Assembly (NCBI RefSeq): GCF_001194135.2
Contig: NC_069010.1
Span: forward strand, 8,304,618 to 8,368,617
From: Octopus bimaculoides
Taxonomy: Eukaryota
Direction of reading: 5' to 3'
Length of the DNA stretch: 64,000 nucleotides
Shown: one piece after another, positions 45,107 through 57,020 of the stretch
Layout: the number at the start of each line of letters is the position of its first letter
Position numbering within the stretch: the first letter of the stretch is position 1
Notes under the pieces: generated by a model
What the model saw: the letters and a program-made list of their open reading frames with translations, nothing else
The model's database searches: none
What the model was told of the DNA's origin: nothing
Translations under genes and position numbers: made by a program

Positions 45107-46909
45107 GCATATATGATGCGGTACGGATATCTAAAATGCAAGCAACATAAACATTCTCCGTACCGTTCACGCTCAAACAGACAGCATGGTCGGCCAGGCA
45201 GTGTACAGCATCAACAGATATTATATAATTGTAATAAAACGAAGGTTATGTTGGCAATCAGCCAGTACCAGAAAAGTTATCACTTGTCCGTGACAGGTAA
45301 GTTAAACCAGGAGACCAAAGAACTGATGTCTGCTTCTCGTTGTGGTAATAAAGACAAAGATGATGGTGTGTACAGGGAGGAACACTTTAATTCAAAAAGG
45401 AAGCACCCTCGTCGACAAGATCTAAGACATGGCCGCGGAAACAGGGCCAATCGACGAATAGATATGAACAAACGACACAATAGAAAAAATATGAACCCGA
45501 TGAGAAAACGCTCAAAACGGGAAGCATTTCACAGATCCCGTTCAAAAATCAAAACGACCACCACAGGGGAGAAGTTTTTAGCGAGGGACAAACGATCCGT
45601 CTCGTCAAATTTATCCCCATTGCTATCTTCTAATTTACCTTTGACTTCCAAGCTGGCTTCTCTCTTGGTGGCGACTTTCTCAAAATTTCGAGCCACTAGA
45701 GGTCGCTGGAAACGGAATACGGCAAATGGTTATTCGACCGTATCCCTGACTGAACACAATAACAATACGGTATCAAATAATACCAAAACGATCGCTAATG
45801 ACACGTTATTAGCCCGTGAGATACTAAACCGTGTTATTGCTGAATCAAATACATCATCATCTAAGACCACAGCGACAAAAGAAACAGTTTCAGAGGGCGG
45901 AGTACGGACTAGTAAAACTGCAAGGCAACACACGGCAAAAGACTTAGCGCCGTCAAAGTTAAATACAATTAGCTCAGAAAACACAACTTCAACATCATCG
46001 CAATCATCACAAACACCCAAACCAATTTCTAATACATCTACTCATACTTCTAATGTAACAAGCACCACAACAACTATAAATAATAATAATAATAATGCAC
46101 GTAAATATGTACAGTTTCAAAACTCACAAACAAAACAAAAATTAAAAACAACAGCAGCAGCAACACCAACAGCAAAATCAATATCAACAAGTAGCAATAC
46201 ATGGCTAGAATATTCTGATGACCATGTACGGACGTTGAGTGACGAGCAGCCATGGAATGAGTCTTGGCTGGAGGAAGCGGTTTCGAATGGTGAAGTTGAA
46301 CGCAAAGGCAGTGAAGGTAGACAAGAGCAGCGGCCATATTTTCACTCGTTCGCTTCTCAATCATCGTCGTCGTCATCGTCATCTTCATCATCATCATCGT
46401 CGTCGTCTACAGCGTACATGTCTTCGTCACGGTCATCTCTTTCGCCAACTTTTACGGCAGTGTCTTCTTCTTCTTCTTCTTCTTCTTCTTCTTCATCGTC
46501 ATCTGAATTTCGGACGAACCCGGACGACAGCAGTGGTTCTGCTGTCCGTGGTTCCACCGATGGTGACCAAATTAGCAAGCGTAGTGTGATCAACTTCAAT
46601 AGTGCCACACGCATTGTAAATAACAACAACAACAACAGCACACACACCAACCACCAACAAAACAATAACATTAACCATAACAATAACAGTAATAACTACA
46701 CAAACAACAGCAACAACGATACAACCACCATTTCTACACATCTTACTACTGCTGCTACTAATGCTACTACGTTTAAAGAATTTCAGTTGGATAGTAGTAG
46801 TAGTAGTAGTAAGTCTAATACAGATGAGATTCTCGAACACGTTTGTAATGGTAAGGAGAGATGTTTTAGTAACCCAAGCACTAGCAACAACAATTGTAAA
46901 TGTAACCTT

Positions 46910-46944
<35 letters not shown>

Positions 46945-48626
46945 CAAACGAGATAGAAGTAGCGAGAGAGGTAGCGCGAGTAATAGCAGTAACTTATGTA
47001 AGTGCATCGCTATTAACGACGCCAAAGTAAACAACAGCAACACTGTAAGTAGCAGCAGTAGCAGTAGTAGTAGCAGCAGTGTTAAGGGTAACAAAGATAT
47101 TGCAAGCGGGCTGGACTTCGAAACAGGTGTTTATACGACAAAAACGGTTCGAACGAGACCGTTGCGAAGGGGTACGCTGACTAGAAGCTACAGTCAAAGA
47201 CAGAGAGGAAGCACCAGCTCGATTGCTGTAAATAGTAGTAGTAGTAGTGGTGGTGGTGGTGGTGGTAGTAGTAAGGGGAACAGTAGGGATAGCAATAGTA
47301 ATTACTCTAAGTCAATAGCCAATAATAATAATAATTATAATAATAACGAGAAAGATCATGTCAAGGGCGAGACAGAGCTGACATCAAACCCTAAACAAGA
47401 ACCTGTAGGGGCGAGATTAGGCTCTTCTTTGCCGTCATTGCATTCATCATCATCATCGACGTCATCATCATCATCGTCGTCATCATCATCTTCATCCTCA
47501 GAATCATCATCGTCATATATAAGAACTTTTGCTTCATCCTCAACAACAATTGATACGTCATCATCATCATCATCACCAATCACAACACCACCTTCATCTT
47601 CAACACGTGAAAAACTGGCTTTCACATCGGTGCCTCACCTCACATCCGACACAGCTCTTTCGACGACGGCCACCGTGGCCACAGGTAAAAAAACGACTCA
47701 GTCAGAATCGACGACGAAGACAACGACGGCAACAACTCTAACGACAGACGAAGACAGAAGACCCCCCATCGCTACATTAGCGACACCAGTTTTGGGTACA
47801 AACGACCAAGACGTGAATGACGTCATATACTCAGACAGTGACATTAACAATAATAATTATATTAATAATAATAATAATAACAATAATAATAATAATGATA
47901 ACCGAAACTTAAGGTCTTCTCTACCTTTACGTTACACCGAAACCGTTCCAGCTGGGATAAAGTTGGGAGCCATTTCAAAACTTGAAGAATTAACCTCATA
48001 TAATACTAACCAAAATGACAAAAACTATTTAAATGATGGCGAATATAATGTAATTCACCTGAAGAAACTTTTTATCAAATTGCTCAGTCAATCAGAAACG
48101 GCGACACAATCGTCGCCGAAGTTGCCAACAGTGACTTACTCACCGTTTTCTTTCACGACAAAACCAAATATCCAATGGACAGAGCGTCCGCAACCCCCCA
48201 AAACGTCGGCGCCTCATTCCAGGTGGTGGAACCAACCGCATACGATTTCCTATATGCTGTCGGTAATCAAATTCGGACTCAGACCGAAAGAGCTGCAGCA
48301 TCGTACGCGGCAAAATTACCTGCGGGAGACGGCGCGCCGCTTGAAAGAGACTGATCCTCTAATGTACAACGACTCGCCGGTGCATCAACGTAAACGCCGC
48401 TCGCCCGTGGTTAACAAGGTGAACGGGTGGGGACAAATGTTTAAAAAGAAATTGATACGCTGGCGTTTGTTAGATTCGGGATACAGCAACCGCATCCCTG
48501 TGGAAGAGCAGAGAGCTACTCTTACACTCGCCTTCCGGATGTGGAACGAAGTGATTCCCTTAAACTTTGTGGAGGATATTACCAGTCACGTGAAGGATGT
48601 CGATATACATATTGCGTTTGGTCAAG
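45107..48626 (+). CDS. MMP21: MMP21-like matrix metalloproteinase, giant internal exon (prodomain + about 1010-aa insertion + start of catalytic domain)
   Basis: ttgcag acceptor, CAAG|gtaggt donor, 1173 open codons. Motifs: YMMRYGYL, PG-binding-like AISQYQKSYHLSVTGKLNQETKELM, cysteine switch SRCGNKD (45335-45355), furin RKRR (48389-48400), then FKKKLIRWRLLDSGYS..QRATLTLAFRMWNEVIPLNFVED..DIHIAFGQG. That last segment closely resembles vertebrate MMP21 (WRLLGE..LAFRMWSEVTPLDFRED..DIKLGFGRG, recalled from memory). MMP family is certain; the MMP21 orthology is inferred. Confidence 0.88.
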
Positions 48627-50786
48627 GTAGGTTCCTTTTAATATTACTAAGAAATTTTCTCCATTCATCTTCGTTATATATTTTCTTATTTTTTTCTTAT
48701 AACGGCTTTTTCTGTACATCTACAAACGAGGCTCCAAGTCGTAATTAGAACGCCGAATCAATTTTATTCATAGGGGAATTAATTCAATATTTTTATGCAA
48801 AGCTGAATAGCATAGCATCCGGGATAGCAAATTAACCACATGGTTATTACAATTTCCATTCTTACTCACAGCAGTACTTTAATATACTATATGACCATAA
48901 TAAGTTTTAAACCTTTTCAAGATAATTATTTAAAAAAATAATAATTATNNNNNNNNNNNNNNNNNNNNNNNNNNNNNNNNNNNNNNNNNNNNNNNNNNNN
49001 NNNNNNNNNNNNNNNNNNNNNNNNNNNNNNNNNNNNNNNNNNNNNNNNNNNNNNNNNNNNNNNNNNNNNNNNNNNNNNNNNNNNNNNNNNNNNNNNNNNN
49101 NNNNNNNNNNNNNNNNNNNNNNNNNNNNNNNNNNNNNNNNNNNNNNNNNNNNNNNNNNNNNNNNNNNNNNNNNNNNNNNNNNNNNNNNNNNNNNNNNNNN
49201 NNNNNNNNNNNNNNNNNNNNNNNNNNNNNNNNNNNNNNNNNNNNNNNNNNNNNNNNNNNNNNNNNNNNNNNNNNNNNNNNNNNNNNNNNNNNNNNNNNNN
49301 NNNNNNNNNNNNNNNNNNNNNNNNNNNNNNNNNNNNNNNNNNNNNNNNNNNNNNNNNNNNNNNNNNNNNNNNNNNNNNNNNNNNNNNNNNNNNNNNNNNN
49401 NNNNNNNNNNNNNNNNNNNNNNNNNNNNNNNNNNNNNNNNNNNNNNNNNNNNNNNNNNNNNNNNNNNNNNNNNNNNNNNNNNNNNNNNNNNNNNNNNNNN
49501 NNNNNNNNNNNNNNNNNNNNNNNNNNNNNNNNNNNNNNNNNNNNNNNNNNNNNNNNNNNNNNNNNNNNNNNNNNNNNNNNNNNNNNNNNNNNNNNNNNNN
49601 NNNNNNNNNNNNNNNNNNNNNNNNNNNNNNNNNNNNNNNNNNNNNNNNNNNNNNNNNNNNNNNNNNNNNNNNNNNNNNNNNNNNNNNNNNNNNNNNNNNN
49701 GAATGATGGGTATGCCACAATTTCATACTAGAACCATTCTAACTATCTGGTGAACCTTGCAAAAATCCGAATCAATAAATTAATGAATTTGTATCATTAA
49801 GCATTAGAGCGGCTGGGGGTGGGGTCGTAGAAATGATAGAACTGTAGGAGTGGGGTGGGTGGGGTGGACTAAATATCATGTAACATTTAGTTGCATACAT
49901 GTCTTTACCTTATGGCTTCAAATCTCACAACGGTTGACTTTGACTTTCAACTAATGAAGGGCTCAGAAACTAATTACCATTTATGTTTTAAGATAGTCAT
50001 TTGACTATGTTTCTTGTATACAAATATGAGAACTCGTGTCAAGATACATAGTACTACTGTTGAACACATGCTAGAATAATCAGGTTCTGTACATATTGTG
50101 TGTGAAGTGTCATCCGTCTTCATGTCTTATGGAACCGAAAAGCCCCAAACTTCGCTACAGTATTATTTGGGCAGATAAAATGAGATCTCTTGGTTACCTG
50201 TAATACCTCTTGCTAGTTTCACAAGAATTTTATAAAAATTGAGCTCAATACATCAATCAATTTCATACCGCTCTTTGCTTGTCAAGAAGTACCAATGAAT
50301 AGCTAAGGTCAACTGAGCCATTGATAACGTAGCGTCTAAAATTGAAACTCGAAACTTTGTTTCTAATAAACAAATATCAATCATTCACTTTCAGTCTCTC
50401 TCTCTCATTAATCATTCACTTATCGTTATGTTGATCTGAGTTTCAAAATAAATGAGGTTAGCGACATATCCACAAGCGTTTGATATTACTATTCACATCA
50501 TTTGTTTCTTGATCACAGAAACGAACTCAAACTTCTGGGATTGATTTACTTTTCTTTCTGAAGGACTTTATGGAAATGTTTCTGCGATCTGATGATGCTC
50601 TTTTTTGGCAAAATAGACAGTTAACTGTCCACTCGTATTTCGTGACTTCTTATTCACTACAGGAGACGAAATGTCTGTGAGCAAGACACAATTCTATTTT
50701 GCTTCATCTCATAGACTTTTCAGAAATTGTTTCGTTTTAAAAAGCACTCACATTTAGTTACCGTTGTACAAACATCTAGTTACCGT

Positions 50787-51150
50787 TACAGTAATTCCTC
50801 GACTATCGCGTGTGTTACGTTCCAAAATCCTCCGCGATAGGTGAAAATCCGCGAAGCAGAAACAGTACTGTATATATTTTTTATTATTTTTATAATTTGT
50901 ATATATTTATTTTATTATAAATGCAAAACAACACCACACACTCGCATCGAGAGAGTAACTCAGATGGAATGACAGACCTGTTTCAAACATATATATCCTA
51001 CATGAATTGATTCCTCTCTTTTCTTTGTAGCACGTAAGAATATATTTATACAGGCGAAGAAAGCTGTCAAGCTTCTCCTTGTAAAAATGTCAAACTTCTT
51101 GTAAAAATTGAATGAATATGTTCTGTATCGAAAAGTGTTGAGTAATCATA
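50787..51150 (+). mobile_element. Tigger/pogo-like DNA transposon end
   Basis: TA followed by CAGTAATTCCTCGACTATCGCG..CCGCGATAGGTGAAAATCCGCGAAG; partner TIR not seen. Confidence 0.55.
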
Positions 51151-51972
51151 CAATTTAAACTTAAGTTCTTATTATGTGAATTAGCAAGAAGGCGAACACA
51201 CGCACACACAAACACATATATGTATTTGCCTTCATGTTATATATACATATACACGTACAAAGAAAGAGAAAGTAGAGAGATAGACAGGCAGAAATTCAGA
51301 TAGATAGATAGATATATGGTGAGTGTGGGTTGAAATTTTATGAATTCCTCGACACCTAATATGATGAGAAAAAAGAAAGTAATCTAGAATGAACACTACT
51401 CATGTATGTATATATATATATATATATATATATAGGAAAAGAGAGACGGGGTGGAGAGAGAATTGTGTGTGTGTAAACATTTCACACCAATGTATAAGAA
51501 TCGTTACTGATATCTAAGACATATGCCTATGTGTCTGTAGATGAACGTCGACTAGATTACCTTACAGCATTGGTAGCATGCAGTTCTGAGAACTGTCACT
51601 AATGTTAGACAAACCAGAAAACATGCATGCCATCAGCCGGATTCCGCCTCCATAAAAATGTCTTGTTCTAGCATTAATTATCGCTGTTAGAGCCGAGCCG
51701 TGTATATTGTAAAAGAGAGCGAGAAATATGCAGGAGGATGGGTCGAAGAGGTTGCCAATTACAGGTAGACTACGGAGCAACGTTTACGAACGGTGAGGGT
51801 GAAGTCGACACAGAGTAGAGGTGGGAGGGGATGAATCGGTGGGGGTGGGGATGGAAATTCCACTACGAAGAAAACGTAAGAAATTAAAATGAAAAACAAC
51901 GAACAAAAACATAAATGTATTAAAATTAATAAGTATGACTTGTTTGCCTCATATATATATATATATATATAT

Positions 51973-52007
<35 letters not shown>

Positions 52008-52133
52008 TGCAGAATCCGTACACACCTACAGTACAAAGGTGTTTATTGCGTTACATATACACACACAGGTGCGCACACACGTGTTGGGAAAGATAAGTTA
52101 TTTACAATTTTCGCCATGGTGCCTTATCCAACT

Positions 52134-52220
<87 letters not shown>

Positions 52221-52959
52221 TTTTCAAAGTATACAAATAACAACGGAAAAAATAAATAAATAGTTACCAGGGTAGCAAAAATTCACGTAAGTGCCAAAGA
52301 TGTTACAGCCTACTTATAAAGCAAGAAATTCCAGGGTTTAGTATAATATTTTTTGTATAACATAGACAAATTAAGAAATGGAGTTAAACTCAGGTATTAT
52401 TTAAATCTTTATACTTCCGACATATGTTTCGAAGAAAGCATTGATATTACTCCGAAGGGAATAATATAATATAATAATATAACCGGTTTGCAGCCGTTTG
52501 CTCAATATGAGGAAATTTAACACATAGAATTTTTGCCAAAGGGCTGACTAAGCGTTTTTAATATCTAGGTAGTATATTTGTTAGGCTTCATGCAAAACTT
52601 GTTGCAGGGACCTTAATTCAGGAGCCATTGTTAAAACATCAGACCCTTTCTTTAAAAAAAAAAAAAGCTACAAAATTTGTTTGCTAATTGACTTTTTATG
52701 ACCGTCACCTGCATAAGTTACGTAAGTAACTTTAGGTAAGAAGGATTCATCGTTAGCACTTATTAAACTTCGATAAATGCAATGCACGGTTCTCCAGTCA
52801 CTAAAACCGAGTACAAAAATATAAACGCTCTAAAAATTGTATTTCCTGTTTGCCCCACCAAACATATCCGTGTGTGTGTGTGTGTGTGTGTTATTTTTAC
52901 TGTTTTCAGCCTGGGGCCGTAGTTATTCTGGGGCAACGCCATTAGTGTAATTGCTAGTT

Positions 52960-53340
52960 ATTTCAACACATTTCCCCGGCCCACTTCAGGTTTTGCTTTG
53001 GGGTAGCAGTGAGCTGGACAAAATTTACTCGTATCAAGGTTTCTTGCTGTGGTCTGGCTTTATCTGGTCTCTCCTTTATAAATTTGTCTAAATGCTCTTT
53101 GAACTGATCCACGTCTGTTTCGTAAATCTCTGAAGTTTTTAGCATTTTCTTGAAAAGCTATGTGCCTTTGAATTCTAAGCTCTTGCAGTGATGTGACTAT
53201 ATACTAGAAGAGTGAGATCTTTGGTGCTATGATGTGACATAGAGATAGGAGGTTCGCATAGCTTTTAATCACAAAGTTAGGAGCTAGGCCCTGCAGAATC
53301 TTCCATAAATATCACTGCATATCTTTTGCACCTTCTCTGT
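52960..53340 (-). mobile_element. CR1-like LINE 3' fragment
   Basis: Minus strand reads YLWKILQGLAPNF and DVDQFKEHLDKFIKERPD, typical CR1/L2-group C-terminal motifs. Confidence 0.6.
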
Positions 53341-54056
53341 CTGTCTCTCCCTTCCTCTCTCTCTCTCAGTAACTGATATATGTATAAAATATGATACCAA
53401 TCATATAACGAAGTCTATATATATCTGACACACCGCTTCCCATTGTTGACCTTGTAAATATGTAATTAAGTATTATAACTACAGCTTTTGTTGGTCGTAC
53501 TCACCTTTAGTGATTCAGCTAGTTTTTTCTCTTTGGTGCGGATGGTAGTTGTGATGGTGGTGGTGGTGGTGGTGGTGGTGGTGGTACTTTGAAAATATTT
53601 GGAATAGTTTTTAGAAATATTTGGATATATAGCTCTCAAATTATAGGAAGTACCCAGCGAAGGATAACGGTATACCATTACAATTTACACACACACACAC
53701 ACACATACATACTAGGAGAGAAATCTGTAATGAAATCTGGTGCAGTAACTAGACTATTTATGAAATTGTTTATGTATTAGGTTTTGTAAGGGAGAAAATT
53801 GCTTAGAATACACACATACACACAGTGTGCAGAGAAAACAAGCTATTGAAACGTACATAATGAAATTTTTCGAAATATCACTAACTGGTTTTCTGGTTTA
53901 GTTCAACTTTTTGTAACTCTTCATATCAAATTATAGCCAAACTCTGTATTTTTGCCATTTTATATTACATCGCTATGAGAGTTTAACACGGCTTCTATAT
54001 CAAGCCCAAGACGTATGGTAATTTGTTATGCATTTTAGCACATCTAACCATCACAG

Positions 54057-54103
<47 letters not shown>

Positions 54104-54149
54104 ATCTTCTTTGCTGCTATTCTTGGGAGAGTTGCAAGTGGGGAAAGAA

Positions 54150-54430
54150 TTTTCAAACACCTCCTCCGTAGGATCCATCAGAAACGAACATCATTAGAGT
54201 TTCCTACTAGATTCCGAAGCATGACCAATTGAAACTATGGATGTTATCCAACCATTCCGATCATGGCTACCCCTAGATCTCCAGTCTATTGGCTCGGCTT
54301 CAAGAATCCGTATTACGATTCTTTCTTACGACATCATAACCACGTGTCTGTAGTGTAGGAATATTCCCAGTACGGCACTTAGAAAACCATAGTTTAAATG
54401 AGTACTCACTGCACGTCTGAGTAGAGTGGC
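54150..54430 (-). mobile_element. Decayed second copy of the same RTE fragment
   Basis: 54240-54350 aligns by eye with 61017-61130 (TATCCAACCAT..CTACCCCTAGATCTCC..TCGGCTT.AAGAATCCGT). Confidence 0.65.
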
Positions 54431-54661
54431 TACGTCTATTTTTGAGCGAAAGTCTCCACAGAGAAAGTCTCCAGTAATAATGGTCGAAAGTGCATCTTCA
54501 AAGAAAAATTGCTATTACTGTACATATTAAGTACGCATGCTCATATTTTAGTTTATTCGGATTTGCCCAACGCGACATATAACAGTTAGTGTGTGCGTGT
54601 ACATGCGCGTATGTATCTATGTATATATATGTGTATGCATGCGTTAGTTTGCGTGAATTTT

Positions 54662-54710
<49 letters not shown>

Positions 54711-54862
54711 TAGATATTTATGAGCATCAAATAACCATAATCATTGTATGTATACCATATTTGCCAATATTAATTATGGTAATAATTGTATTTATATATG
54801 TCCGTCATTGTATGTATACGCGTCATCAAAACGTCCCGATATATACATATATATATATATAT

Positions 54863-55018
54863 ATGCGGCTGTGTGGTAAGTAGCTTGATTACCAACCACA
54901 TGCTTCCGGGTTCAGTCCCACTGCGTGGCATCTTGGGCAAGTGTCTTCTACTATAGTCTCGGGCCGACCAAAGCCTTGTGAGTGGATATGGTAGACGGAA
55001 ACTGAAAGAAGCCCGTCG

Positions 55019-55057
<39 letters not shown>

Positions 55058-55275
55058 CTGTGTGTGTGTTTGTGGGTCTGTGTTTGTACCCCTACCATCG
55101 CTTGACAACCGATGTTGGTGTGTTTACGTCCCCGTACATTTGCGGTTCGGCAAAAGAGAGCGATAGAATAAATACTAAGCTTACAAAGAATAAGTCCTGG
55201 GGTCGATTTGTTTGACTAAAGCTGGTGCTCCAGCATGGCCGCAGTCAAATAACTGAAACAAATATAAAAAGAATA
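54863..55275 (+). mobile_element. SINE family C, full length
   Basis: Near-identical to the 42296 copy; preceded by (TA)n. Confidence 0.88.
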
Positions 55276-55715
55276 AAAGAAATATATACATATACATGCA
55301 TACATATGTATATATATGCGCGCGCGTGAGTGACTGTATCTATGATCATGGGAATCGGAGTATTTTTCTATCGTCTTCTAAAAATGGAGGAAGTAAAAAC
55401 CTCTTTTAAAACACTCCTACGTTACCATTGCACGCATTCGTGCCCATCTGACTCCGAGAGCGGTGGCAATCCCGAAGAATGTTCTATTCTTGAGAAAGCT
55501 TCTCCTCTATCTTCTGTCTGCGGCATCTGTGCGAACATATTTCGCCCGACCCATCTTTTGAACTCTTCAAACGCTGCAATGCATCCATGCTTTATTTCCC
55601 GCCTACCTTTGGTCATGCATTCTTGTGCTCGCTTGTTTTTCTGTTCACCAGGGTTTATATCTCTCTAAGTTTTCTTGTCACTCTAATACTATTACCCTCT
55701 CTTTCTCTCTCTCTT

Positions 55716-55753
<38 letters not shown>

Positions 55754-56683
55754 AAATATCTACATGGTGAGGGATTTCCGTTATGCGACGATCAGGATTC
55801 AGCTGTTCAATCAACTAGATTATCTTGCTCTTGTGATAATCCACCTGTGAGTGGCTAGACATTATACCCTAAACGTAATTCGCGGGTTTACCGTAATGTT
55901 GTTCACAGCCAGATTCAGCACGGCACATTGTGTGAGAAAACAGTACTTACACAAATTACACAGTCTGCTAAACTAAACGGGCTTCTATGCAGTTTCCCTC
56001 TACCTAATTTCACTCACAAGATATGACAATTTACATATAAGAAATTTACAATCAAGCATGACGAATGCGTATTTCCTTCATCGACTGCCAAACGGATATC
56101 ATTATGGTTTCGACACTCGGGCAGTATATTCATATACATATGTGTGTGTGTTTAGTTATAATAAAATCAATTTTAACATTTGCTTGAATGGGGACTCCAT
56201 ACTTTTGTAGCGTACAAATTTATTCTTCTCCAACAAGAATAGTGACTTCGAAGTTTCGGTCAGCTAAGCTACCATCAGGCTCGCACGCACATATACACAC
56301 ACGCGCGCGGATTTTGTATGTATGTAGGTACAGGCATACTTTAATTACGTCATTTCGGATAACGTCATTTTCGACTTTGCGTCGTATTTTTTTAAAAGAA
56401 ATTAATGAGCAAAAATAGACCCCAACATCAGCAGATTTTTCCGACTGTACGTTGGTTTCAGCAAGTATACTTAAAACATAAAAGTTATAAAATCTCCGAA
56501 AGTGTAAAATCAAATGAAATAGATGTGAAAATTAATACAAATCATTTATTAAACCGATTTAGGCGACTAAATTTTTTCAAAATATTTTTCGTGTGATGTT
56601 TATTGTCGAGTCGAATCGCATGTCTTGAAGCCAGTTACCGACGCAAGTTGAGTTATGCCTTTATGTGTGTGTGTGTGTGTGTA

Positions 56684-56773
<90 letters not shown>

Positions 56774-56968
56774 CCAAACACCTTGCAGTATTGCTTTTCA
56801 GTATTTCTGCATTGTAATATATAAAATCAGGTGAGTGCACGTGATGTGTGTGTGTGTCCAGAAACNNNNNNNNNNNNNNNNNNNNNNNNNNNNNNNNNNN
56901 NNNNNNNNNNNNNNNNNNNNNNNNNNNNNNNNNNNNNNNNNNNNNNNNNNNNNNNNNNNNNNNNNNNN

Positions 56969-57020
<52 letters not shown>

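Noticed and set aside
45280-47741. Antisense and shifted-frame ORFs inside the MMP exon
   Set aside because: Shadows of in-frame triplet repeats with no motifs of their own.
55380-55660. Minus-strand GRNMFAQ..RGEAF as an RTE C-terminal relic
   Set aside because: Similarity is too weak to call by eye.
56802-56830. Candidate small exon with a strong CAG|GTGAGT donor in the MMP intron
   Set aside because: In the required phase 1 it hits TAA, and it has no MMP motifs.
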